Below are positions 46,051 to 57,256 of a stretch of 64,000 nucleotides of DNA, piece after piece (position 1 is the first letter of the stretch; each line of letters starts with the position of its first letter). The position numbers were made by a program, and so were the translations under genes. Under the pieces are notes generated by a model that was not told the DNA's origin, did no database searches, and worked only from the letters and a program-made list of their open reading frames with translations. The DNA comes from Escherichia phage DCP80. The stretch lies in the sequence record PQ671644.1, one strand, 5' to 3'.

Positions 46051-47030
46051 GGTCTTCCATCATATCTAAATCGTTTTCGATATCTGCCGCAGACGGTTTT
46101 GTCTTACCTTCAGGAGCAGTGTATTTTTCAACCTTGGAGGCAATAAGCGCATCAACTTCGGCATCAACAACAGCATTGCTATCGATTGCACCCAGCTGGT
46201 AATGGCGTTTGATTGCGTCACGGAAAGGTTCGTGCTTGAACAACGGGCCCCAGAATTCGGTGCAGTTAGTATCTTTTGCGCGCCATGATTTTTCTTCGCG
46301 GACCATTTCACCGGTCTCAACATCAAGATATTCACGGTTATACCAACCAACTTTCGGTTTCACCACAAATCCGATTTCCATTGCCATATCAAGCAGGCCA
46401 GAATACGGGTCAATACCGCCATCGAATTTTACATCAATGAAGAATTTACTTTTCTCTTTGACCATACGAGATTTTTCGGCGTTCAGAACAAATTGGAAAC
46501 CTTCAAGTTCTTTACCAGTTTCTTTAATCTGGCGTTTGCCGATAATGAATACGGTGTCTGCGGAATACATAACACCTGTACCACCGGTCATAACGGTTTT
46601 GCTATACATCTCAATCGTCTCGATTGTATGGTTAACCGCGACACAAGGAATATCCTTGATGCTAAAATATGGAGTAACAATACGGAACAGAGATTTCAGG
46701 GATTTGGCACGAGTCATATCGCCAACAACTTTTTCGTTCATCGCATCTTCTGTTTCTTTTTTCGACGCCATGTTACCGATTGAGTCAATAAAGATAATGA
46801 CTTTTTCACCACGCTCAATTGCTTCAAGCTGGTTAACCATATCAACTTTCAATTGTTCAACCGACTGGATTGGTGTGTGGATAACACGTTCCGGGTCAAC
46901 TTTCATTGCACGAAGATAGGCTTCTGTGATACCAAATTCTGAATCATAGAACAAACAGATTGCATCGGGGTATTTGTTCATATATGCAGAGACCATCGTT
47001 AAACCCATATTGGATTTAAAGTGTTTTGAC
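46040..47030 (-). CDS. uvsX: recombinase UvsX (copy 2), 5' end lost in gap
   Basis: C-terminal ~330 aa, near-identical to the 29131-30309 copy. Confidence 0.85.
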
Positions 47031-47080
47031 NNNNNNNNNNNNNNNNNNNNNNNNNNNNNNNNNNNNNNNNNNNNNNNNNN
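47031..47080. other. assembly gap (N-run)
   Basis: 50 Ns. Confidence 0.95.
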
Positions 47081-47136
47081 ACGCAACCTCATGTTCGTTT
47101 AATTGAACGTCATCATCAAAGAGACTTACAGCCATT
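47081..47136 (-). CDS. 62: gp62 clamp loader small subunit, first 18 codons only
   Basis: Minus strand MAVSLFDDDVQLNEHEVA, ATG overlapping gp44 stop. Confidence 0.5.
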
Positions 47137-48085
47137 TCATTTCCCCAGCCAGTTGAGCAAACAGATAAGTCAAGTGAACTTCGGTATTGGCCGCAATGCC
47201 ATGATACTGATTGTTCTCACCTACAATCTCATACATGCGGATGATACTTGCACCAGTCAGTTTGCCATACATTTCATCAGCCAGCTTTGCAATGAAGCTT
47301 GAATAATCATTTGCATGTTTAGGAGCCAGACCACGAAGAACTTTAAAGTTACGGTCTTTAAGGGCATCAATCACATCATCAATTGGCGTGCGATTGTTTG
47401 TCACGATACTCAGAATACCAGAATCGATAACACCCTTTGCAGAGTAACGGTCAAGCTCGTTAATTGTCTTACGCAGGTCCGGGAAGTTATGCTTAACCAG
47501 AGCAGCAACAACTTTCAGGTCTTCGATTTCAACGCCTTCGTTTTTACATACCGCAACTGCACGATGAATCATCTCTTTCATCATGGTAGTCTGGTCAGCC
47601 GGAGTTGCTTCACCGAACTTAATGACGCGACAACGAGACTGCAACGGAGTGATAATGCCATCGATATTGTTCGCGGTCATAATGATTGAACAGTTGCTCG
47701 AATAAGCTTCCATAAAGCTACGAAGATGCCGTTGTGATTCGGCCAGACCTGCACGGTCAAACTCATCGATAACGATTACCTTACGGCGACCTTCGATTGA
47801 TTTGGATGATGCAAAGCGAGTCAATTCATTACGCACAAAGTCAATTCGACAATCGGAGCCGTTAACAAACAGCATATCAGAATTCGTATCTGCGCACATA
47901 GCTTTTGCAACTGTTGTCTTACCAGTACCAGGGGAACTACTGACCAGAATCAAGTTAGGAATCAAACCTTTTTTAACAATCGCCTCTAATGTTTCTTTAT
48001 CATGAGCCGGGAGAATACACTCTGATAATGTACCTGGGCGGTATTTTTGTTCCCACATGAATTCTTTGTCATTAACCGTTAACAT
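47126..48085 (-). CDS. 44: clamp loader large subunit gp44 (copy 2)
   Basis: 319 aa, one substitution relative to 23361-24320. Confidence 0.9.
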   Translation of the reverse strand: MLTVNDKEFMWEQKYRPGTLSECILPAHDKETLEAIVKKGLIPNLILVSSSPGTGKTTVAKAMCADTNSDMLFVNGSDCRIDFVRNELTRFASSKSIEGRRKVIVIDEFDRAGLAESQRHLRSFMEAYSSNCSIIMTANNIDGIITPLQSRCRVIKFGEATPADQTTMMKEMIHRAVAVCKNEGVEIEDLKVVAALVKHNFPDLRKTINELDRYSAKGVIDSGILSIVTNNRTPIDDVIDALKDRNFKVLRGLAPKHANDYSSFIAKLADEMYGKLTGASIIRMYEIVGENNQYHGIAANTEVHLTYLFAQLAGEMKWL

Positions 48086-48141
48086 ATATTTTCCTCATAT
48101 TAGTTTCTACTTTGTACTCCATGGGGCCGAAGCCCCATTTA

Positions 48142-48837
48142 TTAATCTTGGAATTCGTGGCTAGAGCCTTGTTCCATTGCAATCACATAGCTTGCTTGTG
48201 TGCCTTCAAACTTCGTAGCAAATTTATCATCTTTCGCCCAAAGCATAACACGGTAATCAGCCGGAATCATTTTCATGTTCAGTTTGTTAATGATAAATTT
48301 AAACGCTGCATCACCTTCGTAATCGCCACACACCAGGGAATACAATGGACGCGCCAATTCTTTATCTTCGAGCTGGTTATAACCATGGATAACAATCTTA
48401 CCGTCTTTGTTGGTGATTGCAAAAGTATCCAGAGACAAACCACCAGCCACACGCAGAAGCTGCTGCAGGTCACTGCCTTTCAGGTCGAAGATAACCTTAG
48501 CTACCGGGAAAGGAATCTTCTTAGCAGGGAACACGATAGTGCTCGGGTCAGCCGCAGGCCAGTGAATCGTTGAACGTTGGTCTTTGATAATGATATTTGA
48601 TGCGTCTTCAGCCAGAGATACTTCAGCTTGGTCAGTTACCAGGCCCAGGATACTTAAGAAGCCGTTCAGGTCATAAATCGCAGCTTCAAAGTCAATTGTA
48701 TCATTGATTTCGGATTCGCCATATGACGCTCCAGTTACAGAACGAGTCAGGATGGTATTACCCGGCTTAAGCATAATGCCAGAGTAAATGGAGGTGAAAT
48801 TTTTCAATACCGCGATTGTGTCCTTTGAGAATTTCAT
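48142..48837 (-). CDS. 45: sliding clamp gp45 (copy 2)
   Basis: 231 aa, same translation as 22609-23304. Confidence 0.9.
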   Translation of the reverse strand: MKFSKDTIAVLKNFTSIYSGIMLKPGNTILTRSVTGASYGESEINDTIDFEAAIYDLNGFLSILGLVTDQAEVSLAEDASNIIIKDQRSTIHWPAADPSTIVFPAKKIPFPVAKVIFDLKGSDLQQLLRVAGGLSLDTFAITNKDGKIVIHGYNQLEDKELARPLYSLVCGDYEGDAAFKFIINKLNMKMIPADYRVMLWAKDDKFATKFEGTQASYVIAMEQGSSHEFQD

Positions 48838-48902
48838 GTAATTACCTTTTATTCAATATTCAGTTAATGAGAATTAATTATACAACGTTTGTTAACAAGC
48901 AG

Positions 48903-49334
48903 TTAAGCAACAACTACCATTTGTTTGCGGATAGCTTCCGGAAGAGATTCAATATACTCTGGAAGTTGCGCAGCAATAATAGAACCAGCTTGCACCAGAT
49001 GGTCGTCCGAGTTAACACAATAATCATCTTCAAGACGTTCGGAACCATCACGGTCGATAACCAGTTTAGCACCAGCGGCCAGTGAATCATTGTAGTGATT
49101 ACGCATCAGTTCAATCCACTTATCAGATACATCAGTATCAATCACACCGTACAGCATGAATTTAATTTCTTGTGGCAGAGACTGCAGACGGGTAGCAGAT
49201 GCTTCATCACATGCCAGGACCCAGGATTTGCGAACACGGTTTTGGTTATGTGGGTTAGCGTCGGTGCGGATGGTTTTAACTTGGATATCTTTAGCAGTTA
49301 CGTTGTTCATAATATTCTCTCTATTCATTATCAA
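48903..49334 (-). CDS. hypothetical protein, RpbA-like by position (copy 2)
   Basis: 143 aa, homolog of 22147-22578. Confidence 0.4.
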   Translation of the reverse strand: MIMNRENIMNNVTAKDIQVKTIRTDANPHNQNRVRKSWVLACDEASATRLQSLPQEIKFMLYGVIDTDVSDKWIELMRNHYNDSLAAGAKLVIDRDGSERLEDDYCVNSDDHLVQAGSIIAAQLPEYIESLPEAIRKQMVVVA

Positions 49335-49586
49335 TTAATCAAAGTATTCATATGCGAACCAGGCATTGTGTCTGTTCGCGATTATTTTAACATATTCTTC
49401 GCCGAAAGCGTTTTGTAAGTCACGTTCAGTAACAAGGTGTTCATCTTTCGAAAAGGTATTAACTAACACATACCGTTTAATTTCAGGGACAGCCAGTAAA
49501 TGCTGCCCGGTTAAGAAGTCAGCCATAATAGCCTCTATTATAACATCCTTGTTTAAAGCATTATTCCATAACAGTGAATCGACCAA
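49335..49586 (-). CDS. hypothetical protein (copy 2)
   Basis: 83 aa, homolog of 21895-22146. Confidence 0.4.
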   Translation of the reverse strand: MVDSLLWNNALNKDVIIEAIMADFLTGQHLLAVPEIKRYVLVNTFSKDEHLVTERDLQNAFGEEYVKIIANRHNAWFAYEYFD

Positions 49587-51243
49587 CTTTTTTCATCTGG
49601 AGATGTTGCCCGTATGCTTCCGGGTCATGGTCTCGGTGACTGATAATAAAGATGTTGGTGTCTTCCAATTTGTTCAGGATGGTAGCAATTGCTTTAACAC
49701 CCTCTACATCCGTAGCCGAGTCAAAAACTTCGTCCAGAATCAAGGTGTTAATATTAACACCAGATACTTTCGCAGCAATATCACGCCATGTAAACAGCAA
49801 TGCAATATCGATACGAGCTTTTTCACCCTGGCTAAATGATGCATAGCTGAAGTCTTCACGTCCACGAGATTTAATCGTTTCGTTGAACTCTTCATCTAAC
49901 GTAAAACTATAATCAGCTTCCATAACTTTAAGATAAGCGTTTATCTGCTTATTAAAGATAGGAATATATTTCTTAATAATCGCACCCTTGATACCAGAAT
50001 CTTTCAACATATCCGTTAGGATACCACGTTGATATTTTTCCATCACAAGGTCAGATTTCTGTTTGACTATTTTATCAAGCTGGTCTTGAAGCATTTTAAT
50101 GTCTGCAGCATGGTCAATGAATTCTGACTTGGCTTGCTCGATTAATGCTTTAACCTTTTTAGCTTTTTCGACAGTCTGGACTAAGGTTTGTTTCTTGGTT
50201 TGAATGTCTTGAGCTATTGTACGCTGGTTTTGTCTTGCCTTGGTATACGCATCAAATTGCTCCTGAACAGCGTTCTGGCGAGCTTTATGGTTATCAGCTG
50301 ATACATTACATTCTTCAATCTTTGACTCAATCCTGGCGACAATAGGGTCTCCTGGATGCAACTGACTGGCACAAGTCTGACAGCAACCACCTTTCTCGTA
50401 CAGACCAACAACCTTTCGGTAATCGTCTATCTTCGATTTAATCAGGAATGATTCCTGCTTTAACTTCGTGAGTTCATGCTCAGGGTCTTCTCCCAAGATT
50501 ATCTCGGTCAGTCTTGTCGTTGCTTCTTCGATAGTCGTCTTGATTCCACGTGCTTCTGTGGCAAGTTCATCATACATCGTTTGCAGCCGCAACAGATTAT
50601 CACCTGATAATTTTCTTTGGCGGTCTTCGTTGTCCTGATAGATTTTAATCTGTTGAACAATACCATCATGCTGCACATCCATCACCTGGATTTGACTATT
50701 GACTTCGCGGATAAGAGATTTGTTCAGCTTATCCATATCGGCCAGTACAGAAACCTCTAAAAGGTCTTCGACAAGTTTTCTTCTTGCAGGAGTGGATAGG
50801 CCCATAAAAGGGGTATATCCAGCTGTGCCGAGTACGACAATCTGTTTGAAGCTTGCATAGGACATTCCGATAAGCTGTTCAAATTCCGCTTGGAAGTCTT
50901 TACTGCTGGCAGATTCATCAAGACGTTTACCGCCACAAGAGATTTCAAAAACATTGGGTTTTTGCCCGCGTTTGATATAGTATTCTTTTCCATCATATTC
51001 CATCCACAATTCAACGAGCATATCTTTTTTATTGCTCGAGTTAATCAGCTGGCCTTTCTTTACATCACGGAAAGGCTTACCGAACATAGCAAAGGTAACC
51101 GCTTCAAGGAACGTAGATTTCCCCGCGCCGTTCTTACCGGTGACCAGAGTTTTCTGGACTTTATCCAGTTCAACAGTAATCGGTTTGGCGCCAACCGACA
51201 TAATATTTTTATAGATAACTTTCTTAAGCTTAAAAGTCTTCAT
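49561..51243 (-). CDS. 46: recombination endonuclease subunit gp46 (copy 2)
   Basis: Start MKTFKLKK at 51243; near-identical to 20238-21920. Confidence 0.9.
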   Translation of the reverse strand: MKTFKLKKVIYKNIMSVGAKPITVELDKVQKTLVTGKNGAGKSTFLEAVTFAMFGKPFRDVKKGQLINSSNKKDMLVELWMEYDGKEYYIKRGQKPNVFEISCGGKRLDESASSKDFQAEFEQLIGMSYASFKQIVVLGTAGYTPFMGLSTPARRKLVEDLLEVSVLADMDKLNKSLIREVNSQIQVMDVQHDGIVQQIKIYQDNEDRQRKLSGDNLLRLQTMYDELATEARGIKTTIEEATTRLTEIILGEDPEHELTKLKQESFLIKSKIDDYRKVVGLYEKGGCCQTCASQLHPGDPIVARIESKIEECNVSADNHKARQNAVQEQFDAYTKARQNQRTIAQDIQTKKQTLVQTVEKAKKVKALIEQAKSEFIDHAADIKMLQDQLDKIVKQKSDLVMEKYQRGILTDMLKDSGIKGAIIKKYIPIFNKQINAYLKVMEADYSFTLDEEFNETIKSRGREDFSYASFSQGEKARIDIALLFTWRDIAAKVSGVNINTLILDEVFDSATDVEGVKAIATILNKLEDTNIFIISHRDHDPEAYGQHLQMKKVGRFTVME

Positions 51244-51493
51244 CGTAATAAGCATCCTTGATACATGATTCAGCCATATGGATTAATGCCTCTGGGGTAT
51301 CATCTTCCATTACATTAAAGCTAAATTCTACGGCCCAATCGGTGACTACATAGACTTTGATAAGTTGACCAGTTTCCCGGTCAGTGATAGCTTCAAACCA
51401 ATACTTAATAGTATTCGGTTGATTATCGTCGTCAACCACATCACATTCGCGGATATGCTCAAGCCCCGCTTCATTAAAATCATAAAGTCTCAT
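51230..51493 (-). CDS. hypothetical protein (copy 2)
   Basis: 87 aa, homolog of 19779-20042. Confidence 0.45.
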   Translation of the reverse strand: MRLYDFNEAGLEHIRECDVVDDDNQPNTIKYWFEAITDRETGQLIKVYVVTDWAVEFSFNVMEDDTPEALIHMAESCIKDAYYDEDF

Positions 51494-52285
51494 GGTTGCA
51501 CCTCAAGATATAATTTGTTGGCCAATGCTTTGAGAGCTTTTGATTCTTTCTCATTGGCGTCAGGTAATGCATCGATATATTCTGCCATCATATCTGTTAA
51601 GCGTTTTATGTCTAACTCTTCATCAGAGTCTGACGTATCAACACTGTTATCAACCTTATTGACAACACGCAATTCGTGCACACGCTTTTCTAATTCAGAT
51701 TCGAACTTGGTCAGGTCTTTATCGACTTTTTCTACAATAACACGGACTGATAAGTCTTTGAAGTCGTCGTAGTTAATAGTTTCGTTTGGATAAAAAATCT
51801 TCCGATGCCAGGTGGTTTCATTCGGAATAAATTTCATCTCTTCGGTTTCTGTATCAAATTCCCAGAATCCGCGCGGGTCATTCTCATCACCTGCTGTTAA
51901 TGTCCATGGCGTTCCTATGTACTTAACGTTCGCAGCTTCTGAAATGGTATGGAAGTGCCCAGACCAAACTTGCTTGTACTTCTTAAGGAAATCAGGCTCA
52001 AGTCCGTGGGATTTCAATCCTTTATAGAAATAAAACCCGGTTAATTCCCAGTGACCGATGCAATATTCGGCACCAGAAGTTTTGATGTGTTGATGAATGT
52101 CAGTCGCGTTCTCGTCACACATCCATGGAATCATATCAATCTGACAACCGTCAAAATCAACAGTCGTTGGCTTATCGTAGATTTTAACATGGTCATACTT
52201 ATTCAGGAGTTCAGTGATAGCATTAGGATGAATCTTATTCTTCAGATTCATGTCATGGTTCCCGACTATCGTGTGCATAGTAATT
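51490..52285 (-). CDS. 47: recombination endonuclease subunit gp47 (copy 2), 5' end lost in gap
   Basis: From ...ITMHTIVGNHDMNL to stop, near-identical to 18763-19782. Confidence 0.85.
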
Positions 52286-52300
52286 NNNNNNNNNNNNNNN
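52286..52300. other. assembly gap (N-run)
   Basis: 15 Ns; joins gene 47 to an unrelated late-gene block. Confidence 0.95.
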
Positions 52301-52383
52301 TTCCCGGTCGCATTATCTTTAAAAATTCTATCAAGAAGTCCAAAAAGTAGGTCTGATAATGAAAATCCTACTTTTGGTTCCAT
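52301..52383 (-). CDS. t: holin t, first 27 codons only
   Basis: MEPKVGFSLSDLLFGLLDRIFKDNATG matches N-terminus of recalled T4 holin T; follows gene 38 as in T4. Confidence 0.7.
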
Positions 52384-52401
52384 ACTTTTCTCCTTTAAAG
52401 A

Positions 52402-52409
52402 TATTTATA
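52402..52409 (-). promoter_or_regulatory. late promoter TATAAATA upstream of holin t
   Basis: Minus strand TATAAATA about 20 nt upstream of the t ATG. Confidence 0.5.
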
Positions 52410-52419
52410 ATATGGGGTA

Positions 52420-53220
52420 TTATACTCTGCTTCCGTATATCGTACCAACGTTTTGCCAGTTAGGAGCATTACCGGCGACTGCTGCCCCAGCATTACCACC
52501 AGCACCAACTTTAAGCACTTTACCTCCATCATTCCAAGCGTTTTGGCCTTTAGCACCGACATTCCCACCAGCACCTGAATGCGCGTTACCATAATTATAA
52601 CCACCACCTGCTCCGGTAAGAGATGCCGCCCCACCGGAGTATCCTCCGCCACCAGCTGCACCAAATGGTCTACCGCCGCCAGCGCCTATATCTTGCCAGT
52701 TAGCACCTGAATGGGGTCTATACGCGATGCCACCACCACCGCCACCACCACCGGCTATAGCGCCATTATTACGGATACGAAGTTTAGTTCCGGCATTGTT
52801 TTGTATGGCTATTCCGCCGGCCTCACCATTACCATTGCCGTCGCTATGGGTCCAGCCTCCTCGGCCTCCTCGACCATAAACGGTAACACCGCTATTAATA
52901 TTAAGTTGTATATAAGCATTAGGTAAGTTGCTAGGGAATTCCAGACATGGGTTTCCGCGGTTGTTAGATACCAAGTCACCAGTAATTGTAATAACAACAG
53001 GCGCACTGCCTTGTGCTCTCATCCAGTTTATAAGGGTGTTTTTATCATAGTTATGATTAGCCCCTATAGATAAGTAAATTTCTTTTGATTGGTTAGCCAT
53101 CGAACCCATCCAACCCGGGACAGCTACACGAACATCTCGCATTGCTGCATCCATCCAACGTTGGCCAGTTTCGTCAACTGCAGATTGTCCGACCCAACCA
53201 GGTAATCCTACAATTGCCAT
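52420..53220 (-). CDS. 38: tail fiber adhesin gp38 (T2-type, glycine-rich motifs)
   Basis: 266 aa; conserved N-terminus ...GQRWMDAAM...INWMRAQGSAPVVITITGDLVS...NAYIQLNI..GVTVYGRGG then poly-Gly motifs (AGGGGGGGG, GAGGGRPFGAAGGGG) and C-terminal TIYGSRV, as in recalled T2-family gp38. Confidence 0.8.
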   Translation of the reverse strand: MAIVGLPGWVGQSAVDETGQRWMDAAMRDVRVAVPGWMGSMANQSKEIYLSIGANHNYDKNTLINWMRAQGSAPVVITITGDLVSNNRGNPCLEFPSNLPNAYIQLNINSGVTVYGRGGRGGWTHSDGNGNGEAGGIAIQNNAGTKLRIRNNGAIAGGGGGGGGIAYRPHSGANWQDIGAGGGRPFGAAGGGGYSGGAASLTGAGGGYNYGNAHSGAGGNVGAKGQNAWNDGGKVLKVGAGGNAGAAVAGNAPNWQNVGTIYGSRV

Positions 53221-53228
53221 AATAAATC

Positions 53229-53246
53229 CTTAGGGCCCGAAGGCCC
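53229..53246 (-). promoter_or_regulatory. C(UUCG)G tetraloop hairpin between genes 37 and 38
   Basis: Minus strand AGGGCC-TTCG-GGCCCT. Confidence 0.4.
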
Positions 53247-53251
53247 TTTTC

Positions 53252-56200
53252 TTAATTTAATTTAGCTTCAAGTTCTCTAACTTTAGCCGACAGGGTTTTA
53301 ACTGCTTCAATTAACAGAGCAACTTGTGCCTGAGTCGAAACTGTCAGAACCATATTTTCCTGCGAATCTAAAGACTCATGCACCGCTTCAGGTAATACTT
53401 CTTTAAGATTCTGAGCAATAACACCTGCTTCAGTTTGAACCGCTTCACCACCGATATATTCAGCTTTATCATAGATTAAACCGTCGAGCTGTTCAACCTT
53501 TTCAAGAGCATTTTCAATAGGCCTGAAGTTTGATTTCAAACGAATGTCAGAACGAATATAAACGTTTGGAGCATTTATATTTTTATATGAGTACAAATCA
53601 CCGTTTTGGAAACGGAAAGTCTGTACGCCATTCGCATATATGTCTAATAATCCATCGCCATTTTGCTTAATACCGGTATCACTATCGCCAATTGTTATAC
53701 TACTTCCACCGAGTGAGTTAGTTGTATTAACACCAAAGGCACTTGTTTGTGGCATCTGTACTTTACCCGGGCAATCTAAAATGCCATCCATTGTAAATCG
53801 CCATCTTGCTTGTTGGCCGTTAGCGTTATCTCCGCGAATACGAATAATACCTTCTCGCCAACCAGCTGTGGTACCAGAGCCGACCCATCCAAATTCAAAG
53901 GTTTGACGATATCCAGAGGAACCATAGTTGCTGTATGCACCTACAATAGGATAATAACTACCTGAATTAGATAAATCACCATGGTCTGCCATAAAGGTGA
54001 TTTTAGATTTCATTGTATCTGAGGTATCTCCCCAACCAGAGGCACCGCGCCAACCTGCAACCACACGAGACGAGATATTGCCTAAACTAGTATTACCACT
54101 GGTGACATTAAGGCCGCCCGCCACGTTCAGACCACCACCAGTAATATTCAGACCACTGCCCATGCCTACACGACCATCAGCCATGTTGATAGAGAAAGGT
54201 CTTAAGCCATTCCACAACCCGTCAGTTGCATTCGGGTTTTCTTCCGTGTTTTTATCCGTAACTAAAATATGAAAATTTTCACCGTCGTTTCTAATCAAAG
54301 CGGCATTAGAACCTATATCATTACCGCTGGATTTGATACGCATACCTTTTTGGTTATTGGTAACGTATTCACCACGTGTAACAATATCCGATTCGCCGGC
54401 AGCAAACATTCCGTCAATGTTGTTCAGCATTCTTACAGATTTACCTACAACATGACCTTCAGGTAATGTTTCTACCAAAGGCTGGACACCGCTATTAATA
54501 CCCACTACGGTTACTTTACTATTGCTACTGCATGTATATTCTACCGCCAAAGAATTAGAATACCCACCTAAGTAAACGTAAATATCATAGGTATCTTCGC
54601 TTGTATTAACAGAAGCAATCTGAGAAATAGCTTCAGAAGTTCTATTCCACAGCGTAGCATTAAGGCCTTTAGGGTTATTATTGCCGGTTCTAAGGACTAT
54701 TTCGGCTATTGAAGCCTGACCATAACTTTTAAAATTAAATCCAGAACCACCTGATATTTTAAAGGATGCTGTACCCGTCGCTTGTGGAATTTCTACAGTA
54801 GCAAATTTATACCAACCTGTAGTAGCGCCGCCAGCCCAACCGCCTGTGTTAACTTTACGGTCTAACGTTGTGTTCAGGTTTTTAAAGTTATCTAATGCAG
54901 TGCTGCCTGTAATATTACCGTCAGGACCAATACGAACATCGGAACCAATTTTAAGTGCCTTGGTTATATCAACAGTATCAGAGTTTAATGCAATACCATG
55001 GGAGTATGTATAGTTATGTAAACGAACAACGTTGCCGCCGTCGCCAATACCGAGATACCATTTTGTAACATCTGCTTTACGTCCTTGGATAAAGTTGGAT
55101 GATGCCTGGGATGAAGCATTTACCACAATGGCATCAGAATCCATATTAACACGCAGTCTACAGTCGGTCTGGACAAATTTACTTACGTTGTCTACTGTAA
55201 AAAGTGGACCATACCCGGCACTTTTATTCCCCATTATAACCGTGCCGGTGGCTAAATTGATAGATAGCGGACGAAGGTCACTTATTCCACCATTTTCTCC
55301 AGCGTTCTGAAGAGTAGGAATAAGATGGAATGAAGCAGAAGAACCTGTTTCTGAACGACGGAAAATCATACCATATTCGGCATTCCAAATTCTTAATGCA
55401 TCAGCGGTACCGCCTATTTTAACTTGACCGTTAAAAGTGGCGCCACCATTTATATTCAATCCGTTTGCTGAAGTGATACTACCTTCCGATGAAATACTAC
55501 CAGCAGTAGTCAATCCACCATTTACACGGAATTGAATAGAACCTACGGTTTGGGAACTTGTGGGAGCAACGCGTTGTGAATAAAAATGCCAACCCTGTCC
55601 ATCGCCTAATTCAAATACAGTTTCTCTGCTTTTATTAGTGTCATCCTCAAATGCGTTACCCCATACTTTCATGGTCACATAGCTTTTGTTCTGACCCGGG
55701 CGGGTGCCTGCGTTCCAAACAATCGTTTTTGTGCCATTGATAGTGGAAGAAGCGCCGAACTTTATACCTTTATTGTTGTTGTTAGTATTAAAAAATAATT
55801 CGTTATCTAATTTAACTGGTTGGGTCGAGGAAACTGTGCCATCGGCTCTAAGATTCAGTTCATTAACCCCGGTTTTAATATTCAAAATACCTGGTTCAAT
55901 AATCATGCCTTCTGCCATAGAAATGGCTACACGACCTGTACCACGGAAATAATGATAAAGTTTACCATTAGAATTATAACCTAAATGGGTTTGGCCATCC
56001 CCAGAGTTATTACCGTCTATTTCGGTTCTAATAGAAACCATAGAAGAGTTCTGGCCAGGCAGAAGCCAAGTAAGACCTTGGTCATTACTACGGCCAAATA
56101 TGGTTTTACTAGTCCCACGGAAGCCGTCGGAAGTAATAGATGCAACGGAATAACCTCCACCAACTAAATCATAAACACCTTGCTTAATATATTTCAGACC

Positions 56201-57004
56201 GGTTACAGTGTCACCGAGAACAAGATACTTATCGCCCATTACACCGACGTTACCATAATCACTAGACGGGAAACCCGTAGTGAATGTACCTAATGCAAGG
56301 CTATTACGGCCTGCCATTCGTCCGTCATTACGAATGCCATATTGTTTAGATGATGGAGTATTACCTGTCCACCATGACATTTCATCAGCTTGACCTGTCT
56401 GGGCGGTGCAAAGCTCATGCCACATAGTGCCACCAGACTTGGCGCGAACTTTACGAAGATAGTTTACACCATTCGTTTCGCCTGTGCCTGGGTATACATA
56501 ATTAACTAATGAATCTGTATCATATACACCAAAGGCTTTGCCACCGTGGATAACTGTATCGACTGCAATGCGTTTAGTTACTAATGAATCTGATGCTAAA
56601 ATACGGTTGGCCTGAAATTCACCACCATTTATAGAACGGAAATAGAATTCACTATTAGCAGTACCTTCTGTCCCCTGTTTAATCCTAATGCGTAATTCAC
56701 CAGCATTTGTAGTTTGAGGACGTGCATATATAACACCGCGTTCACTGCCATCAGCATTTTCAAACCATAAATGGGCATTTGATGTTGTATCGTTTGAAGC
56801 TCTTGAATAAAACGAGCCTTGCAACGCTCTAAAAGTTTGAGCCGAAATACTAGTGCCTGCTGTAATCGACCCGCTTGTAGAAAAGTTTCCAAAATTGTTT
56901 AATGGGCCGTTAATGCGTAAAGTTCCATTAATAGTTACATCCCCGTCAACCTGCCCACCTTTAGCAAAGCCCAAATCAATAATCTGTCCCTGGTCTGACT
57001 TAGT
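53252..57004 (-). CDS. 37: long tail fiber distal subunit gp37, N-terminus lost in gap, with C-terminal intramolecular-chaperone-like domain
   Basis: About 1250 aa of continuous frame; long beta-rich fiber repeats; C-terminus [17 protein letters not shown]...[11 protein letters not shown]...[19 protein letters not shown] resembles self-cleaving peptidase S74 chaperone modules; synteny 37-38-t. Confidence 0.8.
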   Translation of the reverse strand, partial: TKSDQGQIIDLGFAKGGQVDGDVTINGTLRINGPLNNFGNFSTSGSITAGTSISAQTFRALQGSFYSRASNDTTSNAHLWFENADGSERGVIYARPQTTNAGELRIRIKQGTEGTANSEFYFRSINGGEFQANRILASDSLVTKRIAVDTVIHGGKAFGVYDTDSLVNYVYPGTGETNGVNYLRKVRAKSGGTMWHELCTAQTGQADEMSWWTGNTPSSKQYGIRNDGRMAGRNSLALGTFTTGFPSSDYGNVGVMGDKYLVLGDTVTGLKYIKQGVYDLVGGGYSVASITSDGFRGTSKTIFGRSNDQGLTWLLPGQNSSMVSIRTEIDGNNSGDGQTHLGYNSNGKLYHYFRGTGRVAISMAEGMIIEPGILNIKTGVNELNLRADGTVSSTQPVKLDNELFFNTNNNNKGIKFGASSTINGTKTIVWNAGTRPGQNKSYVTMKVWGNAFEDDTNKSRETVFELGDGQGWHFYSQRVAPTSSQTVGSIQFRVNGGLTTAGSISSEGSITSANGLNINGGATFNGQVKIGGTADALRIWNAEYGMIFRRSETGSSASFHLIPTLQNAGENGGISDLRPLSINLATGTVIMGNKSAGYGPLFTVDNVSKFVQTDCRLRVNMDSDAIVVNASSQASSNFIQGRKADVTKWYLGIGDGGNVVRLHNYTYSHGIALNSDTVDITKALKIGSDVRIGPDGNITGSTALDNFKNLNTTLDRKVNTGGWAGGATTGWYKFATVEIPQATGTASFKISGGSGFNFKSYGQASIAEIVLRTGNNNPKGLNATLWNRTSEAISQIASVNTSEDTYDIYVYLGGYSNSLAVEYTCSSNSKVTVVGINSGVQPLVETLPEGHVVGKSVRMLNNIDGMFAAGESDIVTRGEYVTNNQKGMRIKSSGNDIGSNAALIRNDGENFHILVTDKNTEENPNATDGLWNGLRPFSINMADGRVGMGSGLNITGGGLNVAGGLNVTSGNTSLGNISSRVVAGWRGASGWGDTSDTMKSKITFMADHGDLSNSGSYYPIVGAYSNYGSSGYRQTFEFGWVGSGTTAGWREGIIRIRGDNANGQQARWRFTMDGILDCPGKVQMPQTSAFGVNTTNSLGGSSITIGDSDTGIKQNGDGLLDIYANGVQTFRFQNGDLYSYKNINAPNVYIRSDIRLKSNFRPIENALEKVEQLDGLIYDKAEYIGGEAVQTEAGVIAQNLKEVLPEAVHESLDSQENMVLTVSTQAQVALLIEAVKTLSAKVRELEAKLN

Positions 57005-57040
57005 NNNNNNNNNNNNNNNNNNNNNNNNNNNNNNNNNNNN
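57005..57040. other. assembly gap (N-run)
   Basis: 36 Ns. Confidence 0.95.
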
Positions 57041-57056
57041 GCGGAAAGGGGGTGTT

Positions 57057-57224
57057 ATGAAAACATTCAAAGATTTTATCAACGAAGATATGGTTGCAGG
57101 TGATGCAGGTGGAAACCCAACTAATATCACAACAGGTACCACTTCCGGGGCAGTTGTCAATAAAGGCCCTGAACAAATCCCATCAAAAAAGCGTAAGAAC
57201 AAAGACGATAAACCTACAGTATAA
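57057..57224 (+). CDS. small basic protein with N-terminal capsid-targeting-like sequence (candidate internal protein)
   Basis: 55 aa; AAGGGGG RBS; MKTFKDFINE resembles the T4 internal-protein CTS MKTYQEFIAE with an I-x-E cleavage motif; C-terminus KKRKNKDDKPTV. Confidence 0.45.
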   Translation: MKTFKDFINEDMVAGDAGGNPTNITTGTTSGAVVNKGPEQIPSKKRKNKDDKPTV

Positions 57225-57226
57225 TG

Positions 57227-57243
57227 GTCCTTCGGGGCCATTG
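57227..57243 (+). promoter_or_regulatory. UUCG tetraloop hairpin upstream of gene 61
   Basis: TGGTCC-TTCG-GGGCCA (one G-U pair), no U-run, 12 nt before the gene 61 RBS. Confidence 0.35.
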
Positions 57244-57256
57244 AAATGAGGAAACT

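Noticed and set aside
52470-52760. Repetitive GGN-rich DNA that could be mistaken for a CRISPR array or simple-sequence repeat
   Set aside because: It is in frame within gene 38 and encodes the poly-glycine motifs of the adhesin. There are no regular repeat-spacer units and no cas genes.
56853-57224. 123-aa plus-strand ORF spanning the 57005-57040 gap
   Set aside because: The upstream part is antisense to gene 37 and joined through Ns. Only the 55-aa ORF starting at 57057 with its own RBS is credible.
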